Below, in pieces: positions 39,804 through 52,539 of a stretch of 64,000 bases of DNA. The first letter of the stretch is position 1; the number at the start of each line of letters is the position of its first letter. A program made the translations under genes and the position numbers. The DNA comes from Mobula hypostoma (Eukaryota). The notes below the pieces were generated by a model that was given only the letters and a program-made list of their open reading frames with translations, was not told where the DNA came from and did no database searches. Where the stretch lies: NCBI RefSeq assembly GCF_963921235.1, contig NC_086097.1:111354001-111418000 (forward strand), read 5' to 3'.

Positions 39804-40555
39804 AAAAAAAAAATTTTTTTGTAAAGATGAGGATGGTATCCACCAGATGGGAGAAGGCTATTGTTTTGGCCAGCTCTGCTGATAAGGTCTCTCCCTTAAT
39901 CCCCGAACAAAGTGACTCTTTAGGAGAATTAATTAAACGGCTCGCACACCTGTGTTTGATTGTCCTGAGGCGATGCAAAGAACTGGGACGTTGGGTGGTG
40001 TTTGTCATGCGAGGTCAGCCTAGTGAGCAACACCCCTATAGAATGAGTAATTCAGTGACGAAAGGGCTAACGAACACATAAGTGTATATTGGCGATGTAA
40101 TACGGCTGTCTGAAGCCAGCTTGATAGTGAACCTTAAAAAAAATGAGTTCGGCCACACGAAGGTCACTTATCTGGGGATTGTGGTAACACAGGGGCAGCT
40201 GGCAGCGATGCAAGCTAAGGTGCGGGCTATCTCTGACATCCCAACCCCGACAGACAAGAGGGCCCTCAGAAGGCTCTTGGAGATGGTGAGGTACTGTAGG
40301 AAGTTTTGCAATAACTCTGCGGTTACTACCCCTCCCCCTCCTACTAAGCCCTTGCGAGAGAAAACTAAGTCGGATGGGACGACCCTTGTTATCGTGGTCC
40401 GGGACGAAACCCAATGAGAGGTTATACTGATCGCAATTCATCAGTGTTTTCGGCCACTATGAAGTTTGCTAAGTTGGAGCCTGGTTTAGGGGATTATTAA
40501 TAACACATATAAAAGGAACAGAAAATGTGATTGCTGGCTGTCTGTCAGGTGTTGA
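39800..40555 (+). pseudogene. Heavily deleted pol remnant (RT and RNase H fragments)
   Basis: QHPYRM | NSVTKGLTNT*VYIGDV | RLSEASLIVNLKKNEFGHTKVTYLG...YCRKFC. RNase H end HIKGTENVIAGCLS near 40507-40548. Confidence 0.85.
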
Positions 40556-40660
40556 CAACTTAAAATTCTCTCTATTAGCCAAATAGCTGATGAAGATGTA
40601 TATTTGTGTGTATCTAATAATGTATTCATGTTTGTAATTTTTACCCCGGTAAAAATCCTT

Positions 40661-40672
40661 AAAGGTGAGGGG
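40661..40672 (+). promoter_or_regulatory. Polypurine tract
   Basis: AAAGGTGAGGGG immediately before the TG of the 3' LTR. Confidence 0.85.
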
Positions 40673-41602
40673 TGTGACGAAAGAGGGTTACAAAGAGTAC
40701 ACATAGATTAAGATGTTAACTGTCCTGTGCTGGCACCAGTGGGATCAACAGTTGATCTGCCACCTGTCTTCAGGAGAAAGAGAGATAAGGAAGACAATGG
40801 AGCAGCATTTGGAAATGTTAATGAAGAGACGGGAGAGTTTAACGGAAGGAGACACGGGCTGAGAGCTGTCAAGATGGCTCCTTTTTGAACCCTGAACTGT
40901 TTGAAGTGTGATGGACAGGCGATACCCCAGCAGGGGGATAAAAAGGGACAGGTTCGCTAAGGCAGGACACACACAACACTACGAGGTAACGAGACCCTGG
41001 AAGCGGTGCGCCTTCCACAAGTCGGTGGGAGTTTTTGGAGGGCTGGTCGCGGGACCAAGCCATAGACACACAGGGTGGAAAGGTACGATCGGCGGGAACC
41101 TGGTGTGTGTCCGCCCTTGCCTGGGTGCCAGGTTCACTGCAGAGGAACGATCGTATCTGAAATGGAGGGGTCACAGTTGGTGACCTCAGAAGACATTACA
41201 AAGGGCTCGCCCAAAAGCTGACTGCGAAGAATATCGAAGGTCTGTGTGGAAGCCGTTTTGAATATTCATTCGCTTTCGCTCTCTCTCTCCTCCCCCCCCC
41301 CCGCCATCCACCGCCACGGCAGTGATTACTGTGAACTGAACTGAACTCAATTGAACTGAACTTTGCGTCACTTTGAAACTGGTCATTTACCCCTAGATGA
41401 CGATAGAGCTTGATTGATCCTATTATCCTAGTTCTGTGTACATGTGTGTTTATCATTGCTGAATTGTTGCATTTATATCCTTACTATTAGAGTACTGTGT
41501 TGTTTATTTCTTTAATAAAACTTTCTTAGTTCCAGTAATCCAGACTCCAACTGAGTGATCCATTTCTGCTGGTTTGGCAACCCAGTTACGGGGTACGTAA
41601 CA
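40673..41602 (+). repeat. 3' LTR (930 bp)
   Basis: Copy of the 5' LTR with scattered substitutions and an indel in the C-rich tract. Confidence 0.95.
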
Positions 41603-43560
41603 ACACTAAAAGAGGTGATGTTTCTGACAGGGAAAACATTTATCAAGATTTACAGAGGTATCTTCATCAGCTGGGTAAGAGGCCCAAGGAATGGCAAATG
41701 GAGTTTAATTCTGAAAGTTATGAGGTGTTGCATTTTGAGAAAACAAATCAGAGTGGGACATTCAGTCAAAAGTAGACCCCTGGGTAACATTTTAGAATAG
41801 AGGGATCTAGGAGTACAAGTACATGATTTCCTGAGGGTGGCATTGCAAGTAGACAGTGGCTTTTGGCATATTGCCTTCATCAGTCAGGGTATTGAGTTTA
41901 GAAGGTGGGATGTCACGTTGCAGCTGTACAATACACTGGAGAGGTTGGATTTGGAATTTGTGTAAATGTTTGGGAACTCTGCAATACAGAAGGTGGTGTT
42001 GGAAAGTGTAAAGAGGATGTTACCAGCATTCGAGAGACTGAGTAATGGTAAACATTTGAGCAGGATGAGGCTGTTTTCAGTTGAGAATGAGGGTTAATCT
42101 TATAAAGGTGTATAAAATCTGAGGGACATAGCTAGGGTGAATACACTACCCCCCATCCCGCCAGGGTTGGGGAAATCAAGAACTTGAGGGCACAGGCTTA
42201 AGGTGGGTGGCGATTACCGACTGCGTTGCCTCTGATCTGGGTCGACATTTACGTGCCGGGCAGTACCTAATTAATTAGCTTGTTTATTTCGGCTTTTTTC
42301 TTAAAGATGTGCTGGGTGCGTTCCGACTACCGCTACACCGCTGCATTCTTCACGGCAATGTATCGGTCCGCGGCCTGGAGGTTGGGGACCACTGACAAAG
42401 GAGTGTCAGTGGGTGCTGTATACTTGGATTTTCAGATGGCCTTTGACAAGGTGCCACACATGAGACTGCTTAACAAGATAAGAGCCCATGGTATTACAGG
42501 AAAGATACTAGCATAGATAGAGCATTGGCTGAGTGGTAGGAGGCAAAGAGTGAGACTAAAGGGGGCTTTATTCTGGTTGGCTGTTGGTGATGAGTGGCAT
42601 TCTGCAAGGTTTGGTGTTGGACTGCTTCTTTTTATGCTGTGTCAATGATTTGGACGACGGAATTGAAGGCTTTGTGGCTAGGTTTGTGTATGATATGAAG
42701 ATAGGTTGAGGGATGGGTCGCGTTGAGGAAGCAGGGAGACTGCAGAAGGACTTAAGACAGATTAGGAGAATGGGCAAAGAAGTGGCAGATGGAATAAAGT
42801 ATCAGGAAGTGTATGTTGGTGCATTTTGGCAGAAGGAACAAATATATAGACTTTTTTTTAAACTGGCATAAAATTTAAAAATCTGGGATGTGAAGATACT
42901 TGAGAGCCCTTATGCAGGTTGAGGCTGTGGTGAGGAAGGCAAAAGTCATGTTAGCATTCATTTTGAGAGACAAGAATATAAAAGCAAGGATGTAATGCTG
43001 AGGTTTTATTAGGCACTGACAAGGCCTCACTTGAGTATTGTGAGCCATTTTGAGCTTCTTATCTAAGACAGGATGTGCTGACATTGGAGAAGGTTCAGAG
43101 GAGGTTCATGAGAATGAAAAGTTTAACACACTAGGAGGGTTTGATGGCTCTGGGCCTTTACTCATTGGAATTTAGAAGGCTGGGGGGAGTACCTTATTGA
43201 AACTATTGAATGCTGATAGCGTGGATGTGGAGAGGACATCTTCCAACAGTGGAGGAGTACAGGACCTGACGGCACATCTTCAGAAGAGGGACGACCATTT
43301 AAAACAGAGATGAAGAGGAATTTCTTTAGTCAGAGGGTGGCGAAACTCTGGAATTCGTTGTTCCAGGCAGCTGTGGAGGCCAAGTAATTGGGTTCATTTA
43401 AGGCGGAGGTTGACAGGTTGTTGACTAGTTAGGGTGTGAAAGATTATGGGGAGAAGGCAGAAGAGTGGGGTTGAGGGGGAAATGGATCAGCCATGATGAA
43501 ATGGCAGAACAATTACAATAGGCGAATACCTTAATTCTGCTCCTATATTTTATGGTCTTA
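41603..43560 (+). mobile_element. Degenerate CR1 RT fragments; the first continues from 36575-36660 across the LTR element
   Basis: SKFTDDT|K split by the LTR element; YLDFQMAFDKVPHMRLL at ~42420. Confidence 0.8.
42203..42394. mobile_element. hAT-Charlie-type non-autonomous element, one end only (second copy)
   Basis: Same ~170 bp sequence ending GGTTGGGGACCACTG. Confidence 0.75.
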
Positions 43561-44504
43561 CGAATTAAATCTCTACTTATTGTAAATTTATAGTGTCCTT
43601 TTATAACTATGCATTTCTGCATTTAAGAATTTTTGCAGCAAGAGGAAAGCAGTAACTGTTTATAGCACATTGACAAGTAAAGATTATCTATTTGTCTAGT
43701 TCTTTCAAGTTTGTTCTTATGTTGGAAACAAGTACTTTTAATTAATACATCCAATTAGCTAAGGATGGATAAGTATTGAGAGGAAAACTAATCAAAATGC
43801 TCTTCATCATATTTACCCTATGTGTACCTTGGCTCTTTGCTAATTTTACACTACTTTGAAGAGGAGATCCCTTAAATTTGTCATTAACACTTCTGGTTGA
43901 ATTTTTGGTGAGTTTTAATGCAAAATTAGTATACCTAACTTAAAACTGCTAGAACATCAGGAAAATTGCTTTGGTGTATTTAGATCCTTGTGTCTACATT
44001 CTAAATTAGAGATGTTCATGGTATTTTAATATACAAAAGGACTGAAACTTCACTCTCAAAATTTCAGGTAAACATTCCCTCCCATCCCATTTTCCCTCCT
44101 AAACTAATTGTCTTTTCTCTTTCCCACCCTCTCCATCTGCCCATCACCCACTCACTCATTCCATGCTCCACTGTCCTATCAGATTCTAGCTTCAGACCTT
44201 TGTCACTTCCACTTAAATTCTCTCTCATCCTTCACATGCCTATCAACACTACCCCTCACTTGGATCAACTTATCACCTGCCACCTCTTTATACTCGTTAT
44301 CTCCCCTCTTTCTTTCCAGTCCAGATGTATGGTCTGAACCCAAAATATCAACTATCAATTTTCCTCCACGGAATTAAACCTGTACAAGCTCCTTCTTTAA
44401 CAAATTATCATCCAACTAAGGACAAAAAATGGGACAAAAACATGATTATAGTTTTCTGAGTGATATCATATTCAACAGTCCTGAAACGATCTTTACAAAT
44501 AATC

Positions 44505-47500
44505 AATAATAGACAATAGGTTCAGGAGTAGGCCATTCAGCCCTTTGAGTCAGCACCGCCATTCACTGTGATCATGGCTGATCATCCACCATCAGTATCC
44601 AGTTCCTGCCTTATCCCCATATCTCTTGACTCTGCTATCTTTAAGAGCTCTATCTAATTCTTTCTTGAAAGCACCCAGAGAATTGGCCTCCATTGCCTTC
44701 TGAGGCAGAGCATTCCACAGATCCACAACTCTGTGTGTGAAAAAGTTTTTCCTCAACTCCGTTCTAAATGGCCTGTGCCTTATTCTTAAACTGTGGCCTC
44801 TGGTTCTGGACTACCCCAACATTGGGAACATGTTTCCTGCCTCGAGCATGTCCAATCCCCATCTTATATGTTTCAATCAGATCCCCTCTCATCCTTCTAA
44901 ATTCCAGTGTATACAAGTCCAGTTGCTCCAATCTTTCAACATATGACAGTCCCACCATCCCGGGAATTAACCTCGTGAACCTACGCTGCACTCCCTCAAT
45001 AGCAAGAATGTCCTTCCTCAAATATGGAGACCAAAACTGCACACAATACTCCAGATGTGGTTTCACCAGGGCCCTGTACAGCTGCAGAAGGACCTCTTTG
45101 CTCCAATACTCAACTCCCCTTGTTATGATAGCCAACATGCCATTAGCTTTCTTCACTGCCTGCTGTACCTGCATGCTTACTTTCAGTGACTGATGAACAA
45201 GGACACCTAGATCTTGTTGTACTTCCCCTTTTCCTAACTTGACACCATTCAGATAGTAATCTGCCTTCCTGTTCTTGCCACTAAAGTGGATAACCTCACA
45301 TTTATCCACATTAAACTGCATCTGCCCACTCACCCAACCTGCCCAAGTCACCCTGCATTCTCATAACACCCTCCTCACATTTCACATTGCCACCCAGCTT
45401 TGAGTCATCTGCAAATTTGCTAATTGTTACATGCTCAAGGAGATGTGTTTTTTTTTGTGAGAATGATGTAATGGTCTTTTGGAGGTCACCTGATGTGATT
45501 TTCCCGCCAATGTGAGGTCACGGGATGACATGCCCCGTGACTGTACAAGGGTTGACCCAGGTGACGCAGTTAGTTTTTTTTGAGTTTGTAGATTTCCAGG
45601 TAGAACGTGTTGTGCCTCCGTTTCTGCTGCATCTGTTTTTTGTGACGCAGTTTCATTTTTAAAACGGTTGTACGTTCTGTTGAAAGTTTCCATATTACTT
45701 GGACTGGAAATTTGCGGCTGGAAGTGCCAATTTACTCAATTCTGACATTTGAAGGGAGTGTGAAGAATTCATCGAAGGATCGAGAGAAGTCGGCATCGTT
45801 TGGCAGTTTAATAAAGAATCGACCTTATTGAGTCTTCGTTGGAGAGAACCTGCATTGAGATAACTCTTGCAAAAGGGCAATGAGTTCATGCAAACAGGTG
45901 CCCTCTCTCTAAAGGAATTTAAGGTCAGTTGATTTAAACTGTTTATTTTCGGCATCGGGAATCCCATGGACAGAACCAGCAGTAAAAGTGCATCGGTGAA
46001 GAAATCTTTCTCCAGACAAGTCTCTCCCAATTGAATGTGTAAAACTGTTGGACTTTCGAAGTTATCACTTTAAGAACTATATCTGACTGTATCGCTTTAA
46101 GATCTGTTTTCGCATTTAACGCTTTAAGAACCAGAGCCGAGTGGTGAGTTGGTGAACAACTGCATACCTGTAAAACTCCGGTTAAAGTTTTCCTTTGTTT
46201 TTTTTTCCCTTATCGTTTATACGTGTTTAATAAATGTTTGGTTGTTTTTATATAACCTGTCTTGATTAATATTCATTGTTGCTGGTTACGTAACATATTA
46301 CTTTTAATCCCTTTATCTAAATCATTAATGTATATTGTAAATAGCTGCGGTCCCAGCACTGAGCCTTGCGGTACCCCACTAGTCACTGCCTGCCATTCTG
46401 AAAGGGACCCGTTAGTCCCTACTCTCTGTTTCCTGTCTGCCAACCAATTTTCTATCCACATCAGTACCCAACCATCAATACCATGTGCTCCAATTTTGCC
46501 CACTAATCTCCCCTGTGGGACCTTATCAAAGGCTTTCTGAAAGTCCAGGTACACTACATCCACTGGCTCTCCCTTGTCCATTTTCATAGTTACATCCTCA
46601 AAAAATTCCAGGAGATTAGTCAAGCATGATTTCCCCTTTGTAAATCTATGCTGACTTGGACCGATCCTGTTACTGCTATCCAAATGTGCCGCTATTTCAT
46701 CTTTTATAATTGACTCCAGCATCTTCCCCACCACTGGTGTCAGGCGAACTGGTCTATAATTCCCTGTTTTCTCTCTCCCTCCTTTCTTAAAAAGCAGGAT
46801 AACATTAGCTACCCTCCAATCCACAGGAACTAATCCTGAATCTATAGAACATTGGAAAATGATGACCAATACATCATCGGGCCCTGGGGATTTATCAGCC
46901 TTCAGTCCCATCAGTCTATCCAACACCATTTTCTGCCTAATGTGAATTTGTTCAGTTACTCCGTTACCCTAGGTCCTCTGGTCACTATTACATCTGGGAG
47001 CTTGCTTGTGTCTTCCCTAGTGAAGACAGATCCAAAGTACCGGTTCAACTCGTCTGCCACTTCTTTGTTCCCCATAGTAAATTCACCCGTTTCTGTCTTC
47101 AAAGACCCAACTTTGGTCTTAGCTAACTTTTTTCCTCTTCACATACCTAAAGAAGCTTTTACAACCCTCCTTTATATTCTTGGCTAGCTTACCTCATCTT
47201 TTCTTCCTGTAATGCCTTTTTAGTTATCTTCTGTTGCTCTTCAGAAGTTTCCCAGTCCTCTGGCTTCCCACTCATCTTTGCTATGTTATACTTTTATTTT
47301 TATACTGTCCTTGACTTCCCTTGTCATCCACGGTCGCCCCTTACTTCCCTTAGAATCTTTCTTCCTCTTTGGAATGAACTGATCCTGCACCTGCTGTATT
47401 ATTCCCAGAAATACCTGCCATTGTTGTTCCACTGTCATCCCCGCTAGGGTATCTTTCCAGTCAACTTTGGCCAGCTCCTCCCTCATGGCTTCATAGTCCC

Positions 47501-48665
47501 CTTTGTTCAACTATAATACTGACACTTCCGATTTTCCCTTCTCCCTCTCAAATTGTAGATTAAAACTTATCGTATTATGGTCACTACCTCCTAATGGCTC
47601 CTTTACCTTGCATACCCTTATCAAATCCGGTTCATTGCACAACACCAAATCTAGAATTGCGTTCTCTCTGGTAGGCTCCAGTACAAGCTGTTCTGAGGAT
47701 CCATCTTGGAGGCACTTCACAAACTCCCTTTCTTGGGGTCCAGTACCAACCTGATTTTCCCAGTCTACCTGCATGTTAAAATCCCCCATAACAACCGTAG
47801 CGTTACCTTTGCTACATGCCAATTTTAACTCTTGATTCAACTTGCACCCTATACCCAGGCTACTGTTTGGGGGCCTGTAGATAACTCACATCAGGGTCTT
47901 TTTGCCCTTACAATTTCTCAGTTCTATCCATACTGACTCTACATCTCCTGATTCTATGTCGCCCCTTGCAAGGGACTGAATTTCATTCCTCACCAACAGA
48001 GCCACCCCACCCCACCCGCTCTGCCCACCTGTCTGTCCTTTCAACAGGACGTATACCCCTGAATATTCCTTTCCCAGCCCTGGTCCTCTTGCAGCCATGT
48101 CTCTGTTAATCCCACAACATCATACTTGCCAATTTCCAACTGAGCCTCAAGCTCATCCACTTTATTTCTTATACTTCATGCATCCATATTTTAATCCACT
48201 ACTCCTCTCACCTTTCACATCGATTCCTATTGTACTTGGCCATACTCTCCGATCCCTTCCTGAGCTTTCTGCCCTGTTAATTCTGTTGTCTTTCTTAACT
48301 TTTCTTATTCTCTCATTCCCTTTAACTCCATCCTTATATTTCCAGTTCGTCCCCTCCCCTTCCCCCCCCCGCCCCCCACTACTTAGTTTAAACACACCCG
48401 TGTAGCAGTGGCAAACCTGCCTGCCAGAATGCTGGTCTCCCGTCTGTTAAGGTGCAACCCGTCCCTTCTGTACAATTCATCCTTACCCCAAAACAGATCC
48501 CAGTGGTCTAAGAATCTAAATCCCTGCACCAGCTCCTCAGCCACACATTCAGATCCCCTATCTCCCTGTTCCTACCCTCACCAGCACGAGGAACTGGAAG
48601 CAAACCCGAGATAACCACCCTGGAGGTCCTGCTTTTCAGCCTTCTTTCGAGTTCTCTGAAGTCCT
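44505..48665 (-). mobile_element. Long, fairly young CR1 (ORF1 3' part, endonuclease, RT), split by a solo LTR
   Basis: ORFs 47511..47840 (VMGDFN, SDHN), 46273..46929 (LDFQKAFDKVP, GVPQGSVLGP) and 44764..45351; (ctattgt)-type tail. Confidence 0.92.
45425..46295 (+). mobile_element. Probable solo LTR (871 bp) interrupting a CR1 RT
   Basis: TGTTAC...GTAACA inverted termini, AATAAA near 46229, CR1 sequence resumes on both sides. TSD imperfect (TAAT/TATT). Confidence 0.75.
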
Positions 48666-49146
48666 GCAGATTACAAAGCAACCTCAGTAATTAGGAATGT
48701 GTGTATATAATGGTACTTCCATCGACTTTTGGGGGTGGGGGGAGAGAAGAGGGAACAAATTTTTATCTTTTTTCTATACCAGTACCAGTTCCCACTACTT
48801 ATCCCAACTCTCCAGATTCTGCTTCTAAGGTACTCTGGGTTAAATGCAGAGGCTGATGTCTTACATGTACATAGCTTCTAAGCAGGACGTAGATGCAGAT
48901 GCAGATCCTACCTCCAAAGCAACAGAAGCAAGTCTACTACCATGAAGCATTAACAGTATCCACTACATGGTAGAGATCCATGCTTGGTCTATGCACAACT
49001 TCAGGACTTGCTCCCTTCCAAGTAACTATTTACTTATACACCAAGTACTAACACAATGTATTAAGACAATGAACATGTGTGCTGCCATCAATGCTGAGGA
49101 CAGTGGGACAAATTTTTTCAGTAAGTTTAGATATTTGCATTTTTAC

Positions 49147-49260
49147 CTGTTGTAGCAAGACTGGAGAATTATACAGTGTGTATTCTTTTCTGATGGAATA
49201 AAACATACTGCATTCCTTGCTCAATGTTTCAAAGCACTCCTTTTCTTCATCCCAGTTCAC
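49147..49260 (-). CDS. MLH1: MLH1 exon 18 equivalent (114 bp)
   Basis: AG/GT bounded. Translates [38 protein letters not shown] (within ORF 49048..49260). Confidence 0.96.
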
Positions 49261-50584
49261 CTGTAGAATAATACAGCTTGGGTAGTCAAAGGAACTTTAC
49301 ACAAAGCTTCCATATTATTTTATTATATTACATTACTATATTACAATTATTTATCAAGTCATCATTGTTTAATATTGGAGTATTCAACTTCAAATTGACA
49401 GTGTCACTATATAACAGCAATCCATGATTGAATTTTACAGCAATGGACAGGCCATTTGGTCCACAATGTTATGCTGATTTTGATGCCAATTAACAATTGA
49501 AATATTAAAAACTAAACTGGATCAGAAAATTTGCAGATGACACCAAGATTGGGGGTGTAGTGAACAGCGAGGTAGACTATCAAAGCTTGCAGTAGAATTG
49601 AGACCAGCTGGAAAAATGGGCTTATAATTGGCAGATGGAATTTAATGGAGACAAGTGTGAGCTGATGCACTCTAGGAGGAGAGGACTAACCAGGGTAGGT
49701 ATTACACGATGAGTGGAAGGGTACTTAGGAGTGTGGTAGAACAGAGGGATATAGGAATACAGAACCACAATTCTTTGAAAATGATTGAACAGGTAGATAA
49801 GGTTATAAAGAAAGCATTTGGCATATTGGCCTTCATAAATCAAAGTACTGAGTACATGAGTCAGGATGTTATGCTGAAGATGTTGCCAAGGCCAAACGTG
49901 GAGTACTGTGTGCAGTTCCTGTCAACTACCTGAAGGAAAGATGTCAATAAGATTCAAAGAGTGCAAGGAACATCTGTAAGGATGTTGCCAGGACTTGGGA
50001 CCCGAGCTACAGGGAAAGGTTGAAAAGAGTTAGACATTATTCCCTAGAGTGTAGGATACAAAATTATAATCATATAAATAGAGTAAATGTAAGCAGGCCT
50101 CTTCCACTTAGGTTGAGTGAGACTAGAACCGGAGGTCATGGGTGAAAGGTGAACTGTTTAAAGGGAACAACTTTACTCAAGAATGTGGACGAGCTGCCAG
50201 CTTAAGTGGTAGGTGTGGGGTTGATTTCAACATCTGTAATCCTGAATTTATGAATTTGTAACTTTTGTAAATTGTAATGAAATCAAATGGGGGTTTATGA
50301 AATCCTAAGGTGCTTTATGACCAAAGGGGATGTTTGATATCTTAGGGGGTGGGGGAGGAGGGTGGATACAGGATGGAACTTCTAAAGCTCAAATGTTTGA
50401 ACAAGGATTATGATAACAAAGGAATGTAATGTTATAGAATGGAGCAACCTAATCACTGGTCTTTGTGGAAAAAAAAAGGTATAAAAGTACTTTGGTTTAA
50501 ACAGAAGATAGAAGCCATATTTCCAGAGGAAACTTGGTTGGAAGTACATCTCCCCGCGCAAGTAAAATAATACATGCCCTAATA

Positions 50585-50970
50585 TTGTCATAGTCATACT
50601 TTATTGATCCCAGGAGAAATTGGTTTTCGTTACAGTTGCACCATAAATAATTAAATAGTAATAAAACCATAAATAGCTAAATAGTAATATGTAAATTATG
50701 CTAGGAACTAAGTCCAGGACCAGCCTATTGGCTCAGGGTGTCTGACCCTCCAAGGGAGGAGTTGTAAAGTTTGATGGCCACAGGCAGGAATGACTTCCTA
50801 TGACGCTCTGTGCTGCATCTCGGTGGAATGAGTCTCTGGCTGAATGTACTCCTGTGCCCACCCAGTACATTATGTAGCGGATGGGAGACATTGACCAAGA
50901 TGGCTTGCAACTTAAACAGCATCCTCTTTTCAGACACCACCGTCAGAGAGTCCAGTTCCATCCCCACACG
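50585..50970 (-). mobile_element. Rex1/Babar-like 3' fragment
   Basis: SHPLHNVL...TERHRKSFLPVAIKLYNSS (ORF 50725..50976). Confidence 0.75.
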
Positions 50971-52539
50971 ATTCAATCTGCATTTGTTCTAGCTTGTTTC
51001 TTTATATTGGAAGACTGTACATGACACAGGAGAAAGGTGAAATGTTTAAGGGGAACAACTTCACTCAGAGTGTGAATGAGCCGCTAGTTTAAGTGGTAGG
51101 TGTGGGGTAAGAGAAATTTAGGTAGGTAACATGGATGGGAGGGTATGGAGGACTATGGTGCAGATGCAGGTCAATGGGATTAGGCAGATTCCTAGTTGCG
51201 CATGGACCAGAAGGCCCAAGGAACTTGTTTCTGCGCTGAGGTGTTCTATAATTCTATCTTCATAACCTATACCTTCTCATCTAGGCAGCATCCTGGTAAA
51301 TCTCTGCACCCTCTCTAAAGGTTCAACATTCCTCCGATAAATGAGGCGACCAAAACTGAACACAATATTCTAAGTGGTCTAACCAGGATTTAATAGAGCT
51401 ACATTATCACACTGTTCTTGAACATAATCCCCTGACTAATGAAACCAACACAGCATACGCCTTGAATACTGAAATGTCCTCCTCCTGTGTACCATCTATA
51501 TCCCTCCAATCAGTTAATTTTTATGTGTCTATTTAAAAGCTTCAAACTCCACTAAGCTGCCTGCTTCCACTACTACTTAGTAACCTATTGTTTAAAAAAA
51601 ACTTGCTGCTCATATTGCCTTTAAGCTTCCCCACGTCTAACCTTAAAACAATGTCTTCTGGTATTTGACATTTCTACCCTGGGAAAAAGATTCTGATGGA
51701 GCAAAAAAAAGGGCTCAAGAACAGTAATCTAAAAAATCAATTATACAAAAAATAAATAAATGAATATTAATTTAAGTAATGTCAATGAGAACATGAAAGC
51801 AGAGCTAGCTGAATGCAAAGTAAATTAGGTAAGAGATTTTTCAATTAAAATTAAGCAGCAGATAATATACAATCTTTCAGAATACAGTGAAACTCTATCC
51901 AGCATGCTCAGGATTTAGGGGTAATCCAGAAAAATGAACTAATCTTGCTGAATTAGCAGAATTTTTAGACTGTTGCATGTTATTTCTACCCCAACCTATT
52001 TATAATTCAGTTTTTAACTCAATGTTGCGCCTGGTGAGTTTAAAGCAAAGGAATGGAGTGTTGCAAACATGTGATGGTGTGCCAGATGCTAAAAGCATCA
52101 GCATCTCCATATATTCACATTATGGAATACTGGAGTTGCTAACATGCATCTTGGAGCATGAAAAAAATGTTCAGAGTTAAGTGAAAAAAATTAAAGATAT
52201 GAAACTTGGAAGCAATTATTTGCAACGTCAGGTGGCAGTTCTAAAGATTGGACTGATTATAAACAGATATTTATGGAAACTTATGGTTATAAAAGTTAAA
52301 GCACTCATCCTGAAGAAAGTCTGAATTAACAAAGAAATGGGCGATGAGTAAAAAAAACACTAACACTGTGCAATATTTCAGAATTGACCATAAGTTAAAG
52401 TAGAGGGAGGAATATGGGACAGTTACACATCATCAGGCAAGTGGCACAGAACAAATTGTTGGAGTTGTGGGCTGACATGTCTGCCATCACGACGGGCTTC
52501 ATTCCAAGGATGACATTATAGAGGTGCACAATATAGAGG

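Larger units (their letters stand above)
36661..41602 (+). mobile_element. Gmr1-like (Ty3/Gypsy) LTR retrotransposon, structurally complete but non-autonomous; in the last MLH1 intron, antisense to MLH1
   Basis: Two near-identical LTRs with TG...CA ends, 4 bp TSD ACAC (36657-36660, 41603-41606), PBS, PPT, and domain order gag-PR-IN-RT-RH. Confidence 0.95.

Noticed and set aside
49048..49146. ORF extension past MLH1 exon 18
   Set aside because: Read-through into the intron; a canonical GT donor at 49146-49145 gives a 114 bp in-frame exon.
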